From positions 24,055,236-24,119,235 of the forward strand of contig NC_057720.1 of the NCBI RefSeq assembly GCF_004010195.1: 64,000 bases of DNA, written 5' to 3'. The first letter of the stretch is position 1. The number at the start of each line of letters is the position of its first letter. The position numbers were made by a program, and so were the translations under genes. Under the pieces are notes generated by a model. It saw only the letters and a list, made by a program, of their open reading frames with translations, was not told where the DNA came from and did no database searches. Below, piece after piece: positions 1 to 11,887 of this stretch. This DNA is from Chiloscyllium plagiosum. Lineage: Eukaryota.

Positions 1-153
1 TAAATTGCCCATAGTATTCAGGGATGTGTAGGTTAAGTGCATCAGTTAGGAGTAAAAGTAGGGGAATGGATCTGGGTGGATTACTCTTTGGAGGGTTGGT
101 GTGGACTTGTTGGGCTGAAGAACCTGTTTCTACACTGTAGGGATTCTATGATT
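1..153 (+). mobile_element. HE1-like (V-SINE) 3' part
   Basis: TAAATTGCCC...GGTGTGGACTTGTTGGGC...GATTCTATGATT matches the 3' halves of the full SINE copies at 8306, 39827 and 42070; cut by the window edge. Confidence 0.8.
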
Positions 154-1085
154 TGTAGGAAAGGCAAATTCTGGGGGATTTCAATATGCAGATGGACTGG
201 GAAAATCAGGTTCCTAATGGATTGCAAGTAAAGGAATTTGTGGAATGTCTACAAGACGGTTTTTTGGAGCAACTTGTGGTGAAGCCCATTAGGGAGCAGG
301 AAATATTGGATTTAGTGTTGTGCAATGAGGCAGACTTGATAAGGAAGCTTAAGGTGAAGGAACCCTTAGAAGGCAGTGGTCATAATATAATTGAATTTAC
401 TCTGCAATTTGAGAGGGAGTAGATAGAATCAGAGGTAATGGTATTACAGCTGAATAAAGGCAACTACAGAGGTATGAGGGAGGTGCTGGGTAGAACTTGA
501 CTGGGAGAGGAGCCCAGCAGGAAAGACAGTGGAACAACAATGGCATGAGTTACTGGGAGCATTTCAGGATACACAACAGAGATTCATCCCGAGGGAAACA
601 AAGCATGGTATAGGGAGAGTGAGGCAATCATGGCTGACTAGGGAAGTCAAGGATAGCATAAAAGCAAAAGAGAAAGCATGTAATGTGGTGAAGGGCAGTG
701 GGAAATCAGAGGATTGGGAAGCTTACAAAGACCATCAGAGGGCAACAAAAAAAAATAAGGAGGAAGAAGATTAAATATGAAGGTAAGCTAGTCAGTAATG
801 TAAAGGAATACAATATAAGTTTCTTTAGATATATAAAGGGCAAAAGAGAGGAAAAAGTGGGCATTGGGCTGCTGGAAAATAATGCTGGAGAGATAGTAGT
901 GGGGAACAAGGAAATGGCTAAGGAACTCAATAGTTATTTTGTGTCAATCTTCACAGAGTAATATCCCAAAAAATCAAGACAATGAAGGGGGAGAGCTGAG
1001 TACGGTGGCCATCACCAAGGAGAAGGTGCTAGAAAAACTGAATGGCCTGAAGATGGATAAATAACCTGGACCAAATGGACTACAG

Positions 1086-1308
1086 TCAAAAATTGTGATA
1101 CTGGTAAAGCATAGCCAGTCAGGCGGCATCTGAGGAGCATGAGAGTCAACATTTCGAACATAAGTCCTTCATCAGGAACCTGATGAAGAGTTTATGCTCA
1201 AAATGATGACTCTCCTGATCCTCGGATGCTGTCTGACTGGCTGCGCTTTTCCAGCACAACACGTTTTGACTCTAATCTCCAACATCTGCAGTCCTCACTT
1301 TCTCCCAG
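1086..1308. mobile_element. PLE-derived fold-back element (family A) with decayed hammerhead motifs in both arms
   Basis: ~90-bp imperfect inverted arms centred on CATCAGG-AA-CCTGATG (~1170-1185), followed by the tail CATCTGCAGTCCTCACTTTCTCC shared with 11569, 35577 and 52225. Confidence 0.8.
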
Positions 1309-1630
1309 ATAGACAGAGTTCAAAGGGAGATAGCTGAGGGGATTATGGAGGCATTAGTGGTGATCTTTCTGGAATCACTAGAATCAGGAGAGGGCTCCAG
1401 AGGACTGGAAAGTCGCTAATGTGATACCCCTTGTTTAAAAAGGGAGTAAGGCAAAAGATGGAAAATTACAGACTGATTAGCCTAACCTTGGTTGTGGGAA
1501 AGATTCTGGAATCCATTGTAAAGGATGCAATTTCTGAATACTTGAAAATATATGGTAAAATAGGCAAAGTCAGCATGGTTTCATCAAGGGGAGGTCATGC
1601 CTGACAAATCTACTAGAATTCTTTGAGGAA

Positions 1631-3002
1631 CTATAGACCAGTGAGCCTAACATTGGTGGTGGGCAAGTTGTTGGAGGGAATCCTAAGGGACAGGATGTAC
1701 ATGTATTTGGAGAGGCAAGGACTGATTAGGGATAGTCAATATGGCTTTGTGTGTGGGAAATCATGTCTCACAACTTGATTGAGTTTTTTGAAGAAGTAAT
1801 AAAGAGGATTGATGAGGGCAGCGGTAGATGTGATCTATATGGACTTCAGTAAGGCATTCGACAAAGTTCCCCATATGAGACTGGTTAGCAAGGTTATATC
1901 TCATGAAATACAGGGAGAACTAGCCATGTGGATACAGAATTGGCTCAAAGGTAGAAGACAGAGGGTGGTGGTGGAGGGTTGTTTTACAGACTGGAGTCTA
2001 GTGACCAGTGGAGTGCCACAAGGATCGGTGCTGGGTCCTCTACTTTTTGTCATTTACATAAATGATTTGGATGCAAGCATAAGAGGTACAGTTAGTAAAT
2101 TTGCAGATGACACCAAAATTGGAGGTGTAGTGGACAGTAAAGAAGGTTACCTCAGACTACAACAGGATCTTGATCAGATGGGCCAATGGGCTGCAAAGTG
2201 GCAGATGAAGTTTAATTCAGATAAATGTAAGGTGCTGCATTTTGGGAAAGCAAATCTTAGCAGGACTTATACACTTAATGGTAGAGTCCTAGAGAGTGTT
2301 GCTGAACAAAGAGATCTTGGAGTGCAGGTTCATAGCTCCTTGAAAGTGGAGTTGCAGGTAGATAAGATAGTGAAGAAGGCATTTGGTATGCTTTCCTTTA
2401 TTGTTCAGAGCATTGAGTACAGGAGTTGGGAGGTCATGTTGCGGCTTTACAAGACATTTGTTAGGCCACTGTTGGAATATTGTGTGCAATTCTGGTCTCC
2501 TTCCTTTTGGAAAGATATTGTGAAATTTGAAAGGGTTCAGAAAAGATCTACAAAGATGTTGCAAAGGTTGGAGGATTTGAGCTATGGGGAGAGGCTGACC
2601 AGGCTGGGGCTGTTTTTTTCTGGAGCGTTGGAGGCTGAGAGGTGACCTTATAGAGGTTTACAAAATCATGGATAGGGTAAATAGACAAAGTCTTTTCCCT
2701 GGGGTCAGGGAGGCCAGAACTAGAGGGCATGGGTTTAGGTTGAGAGGGGAAAGATATAAAAGAGACCTAAGGGGCAACTTTTTCACACAGAGGTTGGTAC
2801 GAGTATGGAATGAGCTGCCAGAGGAAGTGGTGGAGGCTGGTACAATTGCAACATTTAAGAGGCATTTGGATGGTTATATGAATAGGAAGGGTTCAGAGGG
2901 ATATGGGCCGGGTGCTGGCAGGTGGGACTAGACTGGGTTGGGCTATCTAGTCGGCATGGACGGGTTGGACTGAAGGGTCTGTTTCCATGTCTCTGTGACT
3001 CT
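1631..3002 (+). mobile_element. 5'-truncated younger CR1 LINE (RT + 3' UTR) nested in the outer CR1
   Basis: ORF 1809-2645 has [27 protein letters not shown] and KFADDTK; near-identical to 18181-19580; ends in a CR1-type short repeat tail. Confidence 0.92.
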
Positions 3003-4499
3003 AAGTAATGAGCAAGTTAGACCAAGGAAAGCCATTGGATGTTTTCTACTTGGACTTCAAGAAGGCTTTTGACAAAGTGCTACACAGGAGGCTACTGAGT
3101 AAGGTCAGGGCCCATGCTGTTAGAGGCCAGGTGTTAGCATGGATAGAAGCTTGGCTGTCTGGCAGAAAGAAGAGAGTGGGGATAAAAGGGTCATTCTCAG
3201 GATGGCAGCCGATGACAAGTGATGTTTCACACGGCTCAGTGTTGGGATCTCAACTTCCCAATTTATTCATCAATAATCTAGATGAAGGAACTAAGGGCAT
3301 TCTAGCTAAGTTTGCAGATGATACAATTATAGGTAGAGGGACAGGTAGCACTGAGGAGGTGGAGAGGCTGCAGAAGGATTTGGACAGATTAGGAGAATGG
3401 CAGATGGAATACAACATGGCAAAGTGTGAGATCATGCACTTTGGTGGGAAAATAGAGGAATGGACTGTTTTCTAAATGGGGAGAAAATTCAGAAGTCTTA
3501 AGTGCAAAGAGACTTGGGAGTCCTAGTCCAGGATTCTCTCAAGGTTGAGTCAGTAGATAAGAAGGTAAATGCAATAGAGGTATTTATTTTGAGATGAATT
3601 GAATATAAAAGCAGGGATGTACTTCGGAGACTCTATAAGGCTCTTGTCAGACCACATTTGGTGTATTATGTGCAGTTTTGGGTTCCATATCGCAGGAAGG
3701 ATGTACTGACCCTGGACCGTGTTCAGAGGAGGTTCACAAAAGTGGTCCCAGGAATGAAAAGCTTAACATATGAGGAACGTTTGAGGACTCTGGGTCTATA
3801 CTCAACGGAGTTTAGAAGGATGAAGGAGGGATCTAACTGAAACTTACAGAATACTGAATAGCCTGGACAGAGTGGATGTGGGAATATGTTTCCATTGGTA
3901 AGAGAGACTAGGACCTGAGGGCATAGCTTTAGAGTGAAAGGAAGGCCTTTTAGAACGCACATAAGGAGAAACTTGTTCTGCCGGAGAGTGGTGGATCAAT
4001 GGAGTTCATTGCAACAGAACACTATGGAGACCAGGTCATTGTGTATATTTGAGACTGAGATAGATACGTTCATGATTATCAAGTGGTTCTAGGGTTATGG
4101 GCAGAAAGTGGGAAAATGGGGTTGAGAAACTTATTAGCCATGATTGAATGGTGGAGCAGACTTGATAGGCTGAATGGCCTAATTTCTGCTCCTATGTTTT
4201 AAAGTCTTCTTTTCAGAATACTGTGTATTTTTTAAAAATAATAGTTATTGAATCCCTTTATTGTATTGACTCCTCTACAGCAAAGTTCAACAAATTTTCA
4301 TTATAATTTATAATTTACTTTCAGACTGACCTGAAGACACAGGAAAAATTTAAGACATGTGTGAGCGATCCCTTTCAATTCATTAAACCATAAAATTTGA
4401 ATGAACATTCAAGTTTGTGTGAAAATATACTTCACAAATTAAATTTAACAACTATACACTATAATTTCTCAAATAAAAAGCTCAGATATTTTTCATGAG

Positions 4500-4811
4500 G
4501 CCTAGATTTTCAAACTAACTCTCGGTGAATCTGGGCTAGAGGTTATACACCAGGAATAAGGGGCCACACATTTAAAACAGAGATGACGAATTTCTTTTTT
4601 AAGACATTTGTGAATCAGGAGAATTCTATACCACAGAGGGCTGTCTAGGCTGTGTAGTTAAGTATATTCAAAGTTGAGAAAGATTTTTAATCAGTAACAA
4701 AATCAAGATTTATGGGGGAAGGCAGAATAGTGGAGTTGAGGATTATCAGATTAGCCATTGAATCTCAGAGCAGACTCAATGGCTTGAATGGCCTATGTTT
4801 TATAGTCTATG
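4500..4811 (+). mobile_element. Old CR1 3' fragment
   Basis: Resembles the 3' end of the outer CR1 (3890-4200), e.g. GAGCAGACTCAATGG...GAATGGCCTA. Confidence 0.6.
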
Positions 4812-5487
4812 GCAATAAGATCAGCTCCAGGCTGCTTTGATAACAGTGCACCCAAATACTCCATTCAACTTGCATTACGTTCTGAGCACATTGCAATTTT
4901 CAAAGCAAGGACAGGGGCTGGTGGTGTTGGTAACCCACTTGTATCCAATTAACTGACTGTAAAGCTCCTTGAAGATCTCGTTAATGTATTAGAAAGGACC
5001 AGAAATAAATTTTCAAGACAGCACAAAGGGACAGTGAATAGTCAAGGGCACATCAGAGCACACCCATTGGAAACATTGTGGGAGGAACCATGAGGTGAAA
5101 CTGCTGATGAATTAAGTTATTGAAGAAAAAAGGTCATTCACACTAAGATTAAGTGTGTGAGCCAAATATTTTATTTATTCAGTCATTCATATTTACCATA
5201 TGGCTGCTGGCCCTTAGCTGTCGTACCAGCTCCCATCTGCAAGGCAATTGCAGGGCCAGTTTTGGCTGCTGTCTGCCTCAGAATATTACACTCCAGACCC
5301 AGATTTTCCTCCAGGCAGCGCCAAGAATCACTAAACTCAAGGATTTGCATAGTAAAATAATGTCATTTCAGTGACACAAATGCAACACTGGGTCAGGGCT
5401 GATTTCCGATTTCTTACTCTGATTTCTCGGTTGCATTTACTGCTATTTAAGGAGAAAGCCCAAATTGCTGCAGTGTAAACTTGTACT

Positions 5488-5826
5488 GAAACAAAAACAG
5501 AAAATGCTGGAGGAGGCCAGCAGGTCTGGCAGCATCTAAGGCAAGAGAAACAGCTTGCCAAAACTTGCTTTCACAGCCACAACTCCTTCCTCAGTGACCG
5601 TCTCTGACTCCACCTTAGCTCATACGGATTCAAACTGAAGTTCTATCCTTGAAGTTTCAAACCCAGCTAAGATTATAGGCATCTCTGAGTTCTGAAGAAG
5701 AGTCATACCAGACTCAAAATGTTACCTCTATTTTTCTCTCTCCACAGATGCTGCCAAATCTACTGAGTTTCTCCAGTATTTTCTGTGCATTTTCAGATTT
5801 CCAATATCTGCAGTATTTTACTTTTA
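5488..5826. mobile_element. PLE terminal-repeat remnant (family B) with an inverted 5' piece and a decayed hammerhead at 5687-5727
   Basis: GAGTT-CTGAAGA-A-GAGTC-atacca-GACTC-AAAA-TGTT-ACCTC, then CCACAGATGCTGCC...CTGAGTTTCTCCAG; inverted copy of the tail at 5488-5550. Confidence 0.7.
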
Positions 5827-5934
5827 AATTGTACTTAATTGGTAAAAGAATGGAGAATTGTATTTTTGCTCAAAAAGGACACAACATGCAAGCACTCAAT
5901 TCATCCAACAGTTTATAAATTCCTACTTTGGAAG

Positions 5935-6346
5935 TAGAACCTGTCTGACTCAAGATTGAGATAGAGACAGACGCTAACCTCACACCTTTAATACATTGTC
6001 TGAGCTGAGATGTCACCTTTTTTCATAAAGCCTTAAGTTATCAAGGGAATATGATTTAAAAGAAGTTCTGGGATTTACATATTAATAAACTGAAACCCGC
6101 AACCTGCTCTAAAAGATGAAAGATTTAACAGCAATCTAGGTTTGTTCAATATATCATTGTAATTGCATGACACCATGATCTTTTGCTATAAATTCTATGT
6201 CTTATCATCCTGCCCCACTGGTTACCTGATGAAGGAGCAACACTTTGAAAGCTGGTACTTCCAAATAAACCTGTTGGACATTAACCTGGTGTTGTGTGAT
6301 TTTTAACTTCCTGCAACCTAGTCCAACACCAGCATCTCCACATCAT
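5935..6346 (+). mobile_element. PLE terminal repeat (family C), longer single-arm copy with a decayed hammerhead at 6223-6257
   Basis: TAC-CTGATGA-A-GGAGC...GAAA-GCTG-GTA followed by AAACCTGTTGGAC...TGTGATTTTTAAC...AGTCCAACACCAGCATCTCC, as at 14158-14280; 5' boundary approximate. Confidence 0.65.
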
Positions 6347-6609
6347 TAGATTTTTGAGGTATTGAGACCAATTCAGAGAAAGATGGGACCTGTAGAAGCT
6401 GAATATTTTGTACCACTTTAAGAACTGAATATTTTGCACCCATTTAAGAACTGGACCAAAATCCTTGCAAGGTCTTTATTCGTGCCGTGGGAAAGTGTTT
6501 CACTTTGGAGTGACAAGGGAAGGGTTAATTAATAATCTTTCAGTGAGGGTTCACTTGGAAAATGTCTCATAACATGATAAAATTCTTCTCTGGGATAGAA
6601 AGCCAAGTA

Positions 6610-7500
6610 ATCCAATTCAAAACTAAAGGAAATTACAAAGATGCAAGGACTTCACGGTTGGCAATACACAGGGCAACTTTATAAAAGGCATGACTATAAA
6701 CAGGCAATGGTTAATATTGAAGGTACAAATGTATTCATTACAGCTGTCATGCATTCCTTTTGGAGAAGGAACACAACAGGAAAACTGTAGTTAACAAAAG
6801 AAATCAAGGATAGTATTAGGTCTAAAGAGGAGTCATTTAAAGTTGCTTAAAAAAGAAGCAAGTCTGAGGACAGCGAGCAGTTTAAAATTTTGCAAAGGAG
6901 CCCAAACAGGTTGTTTAAGATGGAAGAAAAATAGCATGAGAGTAAACTTTCAAGGGACATAAAGCAGACTGTAAGAATTTTATGTAAAAAGAGAAAGATT
7001 AGTGAAAACAAACGCAGGTCACTTATCGTCTGAAATGGAAGAATTGATCATGGAAAAAAATGAAATGACATTGCAATTAAACAATTACTTTTGTTTTGTC
7101 TTCACAGAAGATGATACTAAGTGCTGGACTGTTCTTTTTTCTTTATTCTTTATGTTTTTCTTTTAAGTGCTACGGAAGCAAGGATTTTTTGGGAAGGAGG
7201 ACCTGAAGGAGAATAGAAATAGTAAAAGGTAGTGCTGGAAAAAAAAAATCAATGATATTGAAAACTGATCAATCCCAAGAGCCTGATAATCCATATCCCA
7301 GGGTTCTAAAGGAGGTGGCCATGGAAATAACAGATGTGTTGGTTGTCATTTTTCAAAATTCTGTAGATTTTGGAATGAGGCCAGCAGACTGGTGGGTGGC
7401 AAATGAAATCCCATTGTTTGAAAAAGGAGCTGGGGGCAGAAAACTAGGGATGACAGAACTGTTGGCCTAACAGCAGTTCAGGAAAATGCTGGAGTCGATC
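6610..7500 (+). mobile_element. Old CR1 ORF2 linker fragment
   Basis: ORF 7252-7470 (SQEPDNPYPRVLKEVA...WWVANEIPLFEKG) resembles the CR1 KSPGPDGIHPRVLKE...WKVANVTPLFKKG motif. Confidence 0.75.
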
Positions 7501-7502
7501 AT

Positions 7503-7820
7503 GGGGAGGCAACAACTGGACTGTTAATCCAGAGATCCAGATAACGTTCTGGGGACCCGAGTTTGAATCCCACCATGGCAGATGGTGGAATTTTAATTCA
7601 AATTTTAAAAACTGGAATTAAGACTCTAAGGATGACCATGAATCTACCGTTGATTGTTGGGAAAACCTATCTGGTTCACTAATGTCCTTACCTGGTCTGT
7701 GCATGTGACTCTAGACCCACAGCAATGCAGCTGATGCTTAACTGCCCTCTGGGCAATCAAGGATGTTCAATAAATGCTGGCCTAACCAGTGACACCCCAT
7801 CCTGTGAATGAATAAAGAAA
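7503..7820 (+). mobile_element. tRNA-derived SINE (non-HE1 family) with a LINE-like 3' tail
   Basis: B-box-like GAGTTTGAATCCC; tail AATAAATGCTGGCC...GTGAATGAATAAAGAAA shared with LINE ends at ~21215 (-) and ~36130 (+); related pieces at ~12470-12840 (-), 45840-46025 (+) and 49590-49910 (-). Confidence 0.65.
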
Positions 7821-7822
7821 CA

Positions 7823-8120
7823 AATTCCTAGAGGTCTGGCACTCCAATCACAACGCCATAAACAAACACATAGATCTAGATACCATCTATCAACCCCTCA
7901 GAAAACGAACAGGAAATGATATCACCACAAAGACTAGGAACCCCATCCAGGACAAAGATATAAATAGAAAGCAGGATACAACAGCTTTGCTTCACTTGGA
8001 GGTCGCCACTGATGATGTTACCTAGGCAGGTAATGAAACGTCTGGATATCAAACCTACAGCTCAGCGAGCAAAGCTACACCCTAAACCTCAACCTGAGCT
8101 ACAAACCTTCACAAACCTTG
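7823..8120 (+). mobile_element. Penelope-like element 3' end (GIY-YIG C-terminus + terminal repeat; family P)
   Basis: Translates FLEVWHSNHNAINKHIDLDTIYQPL, homologous to 27440-27520; terminal repeat carries an intact hammerhead. Confidence 0.85.
8006..8045 (+). ncRNA. Minimal type-I hammerhead ribozyme motif (intact)
   Basis: CCA-CUGAUGA-U-GUUACCU-aggc-AGGUAAU-GAAA-CGUC-UGG: stem I CCA/UGG, 7-bp stem II, palindromic ACGU stem III, GUC cleavage triplet. Confidence 0.8.
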
Positions 8121-8305
8121 CATAAAGAGAAGTGATTACAGGATTCTTAAAAATTACCAAAAGTTTTTCCATAGCTTTACATGGATGTATGTCACAGAAA
8201 GTGCTATGATTATCTCTAACAACACTCCATCTATTCAAGTGACAGAGTATTCCAGATCTAAGACACATTGTAGCAACTAGTCAATTCTCTTTCACCAGAG
8301 CTTGT

Positions 8306-8577
8306 GGGTGGCACGGTGGCTCAGTGGTTAGCACTGCTGCCTCACAGACCAGGGTTCCAGGTTCAATTCTAGCCTCGGGCGACTGTCTGTGTGGAGTTTG
8401 TGCATTCTCCCCATGTGTGTGTGGGTTTCCTCCTGCAGTCCAGGTGAATTGGCCATGTTAAATTGCCCACAGTGTTAGGTGCATTAGTCAGAGGGAAATG
8501 GGTTTGGGTGGGTTAGGGTCAGTGTGGACTTGTTGGGCCAAAGGGCCTGTTTCCACACTGTAGGGAATCTAATCTAA
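8306..8577 (+). mobile_element. HE1-like V-SINE
   Basis: A box GGTGGCTCAGTGGTTAG, B box GGTTCAATTC, conserved TGTGTGGAGTTTG core, (AATCT)n tail. Confidence 0.9.
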
Positions 8578-8719
8578 AAGTTTTCAATCTTGTTACCTCC
8601 ACTACCTAGGAAAACAAATTTACAAGATGCATGGGAACACCACGTTTATTCTTCTTTACAGTACCTGCAAATTCTCATCCAAACCACAGATCATCCTGAC
8701 TTGAAACTACAGTTGTATA

Positions 8720-8945
8720 ATAAAAACAGGAGGTACTAGCAAAACTCAGCAGGTCTGGCAGAATCTCTGGGAGGGAAAAACAGTTAACGATTCAAGTCCA
8801 ATATGATTCTTCTTCAGAAGTAATGAAGAGTTGTATTGGACTTAAACATTAATTCTGTTTCTCTCTCCACAGATACTGCCAGGCTTGCTGAGTTTCTCCA
8901 ACACCTCTTGTTTTTATTGCGGATTTCCAGATCCACAGAACTATT
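8720..8945. mobile_element. PLE family B fold-back remnant
   Basis: Inverted arms AAACTCAGCAGGTCTGGCAG...CAGTTAACG / CATTAATTCTG...CTGCCAGGCTTGCTGAGTTT. Confidence 0.7.
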
Positions 8946-9371
8946 ATTCCTTCACTGTTACTGGGTCATAATCCTGGTACTACCTTTCAACAGCACTGTA
9001 AGGGCACCTAATCAGATTGATTGTAGTAGTTCAAAAAGTTAATTCATCGGCAACTTCTCAAAAACAATTAGGCATGGGCAATAAGTGCCAAATTGCTTTT
9101 GAAATAATTAAAAAGAAAACACTTTTGTGAAACTAAACCATAGGGTAACTAAAGGTATATTTAAAGACCTGTACAAATCTTGTGATTAAAATCAGTAAAT
9201 TAACTTTTAAGTAGTTGAAATTTAATGCTTTATAAAAGTTGATTATCACTTTTTGTGAAATATTAGGCTGCAATCTTTTTTTTGCATGTGCATAATGTTG
9301 GTAAAATGAAACAGATAGATTGATTGTCACACTAATGCTAAACAAACAAGTGCAAAGCATATGTAAACATT

Positions 9372-9582
9372 GAAACAAAAACAAATTGCTAGAGAAACTC
9401 AGCAAGTCTGACAGTATCTGTGGAAAGAAAACAGCATACATGTTTAGAGTCCAGTGACTCTTCATCAGCCTGGAAATATTAACTGTGCTTTCTTCCTACT
9501 GTCACGGCCAGAACTGCTGAGTTTTGGAAGCAATTTCTGTTTTTGTATCAGATCACCAACATCTGCAATTCTTTGTTTTATT
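9372..9582. mobile_element. PLE family B fold-back remnant
   Basis: Inverted arms meeting at GACTCTTCATCAG (minus-strand CUGAUGA at ~9462-9468). Confidence 0.7.
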
Positions 9583-11568
9583 AAAGCAAGCACTGACCTT
9601 ATTGCTAACACCCTTTATGAAAGTAATTCTGCCATCTCAAAAAGGCATGACCAATACTTGGCTCTAGGCAACACAATGTGATTGAATTCTAACCCACTCT
9701 CAAATGATTTGGTTCAGCATATTGCACATTATCTACATAAATGATTTGGACTTTGGGGTCAGAATCACAATTGCATGACATCAAATTAAAGTCATAATTA
9801 ATACAGAGGAAGGCTGTCACAAAATGAAAGAAGACATTAGTAAATATGCTCCTTAGATAAGAAGAGGCTAAATGTTTCAGAGGAACAAAGAGCTTTTGGA
9901 GTGAGATACACAACTAACTAAATGTAGAATTATCAAGTTAACACGGACCTGAAAAGAACAAGTTTTGAAAGTAAGCCAAGGACTGACATTCATTTCTAAA
10001 TAAATGGAAGTGAAAAGCTAGGAATCTATGTTAAACTTGCACAAGTTTCAAGAAGATTTTAGATATAGTTCTGAGGGCCAAAGGGATCAAAGTGTATGTG
10101 GAGTGAGACGGAACAAAGTATTGAGTTGGATGATCAGCCATGATCAAATTGAATGGCGGAGCAGGCTCAAAGGTTGAAGAGTTTACTCCTTCTCCCATTT
10201 CCTATGTTTCTATTTGGCCTTGGTTAATTACAATTTGTGTACAGTGCTCATCCCCATGTAATACAAAGGAAGCAGAGGCAATAAAGATCTACCAGATTGA
10301 ATGCAGAACCGAGAGATTATATTCATCAGGAAAAATTGAACATGGAGCTCAGATATGAAAGGCTTTGATAGGATAAACACTGAGAATATCTTTCTACATG
10401 TGGGGGAGACAACAGTAAGGAGCCATAAACAGAAGGTAGTCACTAATAAAATCAATACAGAATCCAGGCACCAAAGGTTTTTCCCAAAGGTTTATAGAAT
10501 GTGAAACTTGCTGAGAGTAGGTGAAGTAATTAGTATAGATACAGTCAAGGGAGATGTCGATTAAATATATGAAGGAGAAAGCATGCATTCTCTTTTAAAT
10601 CAACCAGTAAAGAAAGGTGGGAGGAGATGTGGGATTCTCTCGGTTTTAACCAATTGTGTGCACAATGATTTGTAGAGGACAAACTCTGACAGAGACCTAG
10701 TTATGCAGAACGTACAATATAGAAACAGCCCATTCAATATAATAACGTCAGTGATCGTTCGCACCTATTCTGGTTTAGGTGGTTAGACTCTGTTAAATCA
10801 GCAGTAGCAGCTGCCAAAATAGTATGGTGAGATGACACACTTCCTGCGATCAAAGGTGAGGAAGTCAAGTCCCATATGTTCAAGGTGACCAACAAAGTAT
10901 AAACATAACTGCAACAAGGTCCATCATGGCCTGAGCTTGGATTTGTCATACAACCAGTTTGTTTTCCATGGAAAAACTGAAACAAATGGAAATAAAACAA
11001 AAAGTGACTACTGTGCCTAGTATACAGGATTACACGACAAGTTTGTTATTTTGTATTGTTACACGAATGTTATTGAAGCTTAAAATAAGTCTGGAATTGT
11101 TACTTGCCTTTGGTTGTATAAATTCTGCAAAAAAAAACCAACTTCCCAACTTGTCATCAGCCTTGTCTCACTGAGGTGTTCATCAGTTTCATTTACTAAA
11201 AGATTAGAGAAAAACACATGCCAACTATTGAGCATCAGAGTTTCCCTTACCTTGTATCACAACAAGGAGCTTTTCCCACCCTCTTCCCCATACTGGCACC
11301 ACTCTCCAACCCAAGAAGAAGATTTAATGTTTTCCGTAAGTGATTAGGTTTGACGCACAAACAGTAAAATGTGACCTATTTGGATACGATACAAGAGTCT
11401 GACAGGAATCAGTAGTGCGCTGAAGTAGATTAAAAGAGATTAAAAAAGATAGTGTCCCCAGGTTTGAGAAACAGTGTATGAGAAACAAATGACTCAAAAT
11501 AATTAATTTAAACCCTTGGGTGTGCTTATCTGGCTTTGACCTCACATAGAAAGATTTCTAAATATACT

Positions 11569-11887
11569 AGGAGAAAGTGAGGACTGCAGATGCTGGAGAT
11601 CAGAGCTTAAAATTGTGTTGCTGGAAAAGCACAGCAGGTCAGGCAGCATCAAAGAAACAGGAGAATCGACGTTTTGGGCATAAGCCCTTCTTCAGGAATG
11701 AGGAGGGTGTGCCAAGCAGGCTAAGATAAAAGGTAGGGAGGAGGGACTTGGGGGAGGGGCGTTGGGAATGCGATAGGTGGAAGGAGGTTAAGGTGAGGGT
11801 GATAGGCCGGAGAGGGGGTGGGGGCGGAGAGGTCAGGAAGAAGATTGCAGGTTAGGAAGGCGGAGGCCTTCTTGACCTACAATCTTC
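11569..11887 (-). mobile_element. PLE family A terminal repeat with 13-bp TSD
   Basis: TSD TTCTAAATATACT at 11556-11568 and 11888-11900; minus-strand CUGAAGA-A-GGGC-uuau-GCCC-AAAA-CGUC at 11665-11698 (G12 lost); small inverted end at 11838-11890. Confidence 0.85.

Larger units (their letters stand above)
154..4208 (+). mobile_element. Degenerate CR1 LINE ORF2 (endonuclease end, linker, RT, 3' UTR); outer element carrying two insertions
   Basis: ORF fragments EFVECLQDGFLEQLVVKPIREQEILDLVL, LDVFYLDFKKAFDKV, KFADDT and YYVQFWVPY. The peptide LLEFFEE|VMSKLDQG is continuous across the 1631-3002 insertion. Confidence 0.9.

Noticed and set aside
1809..2645. Functional reverse transcriptase gene (also 18219-19097, 30102-30719)
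   Set aside because: 5'-truncated, frameshifted LINE copies with no intact ORF2.
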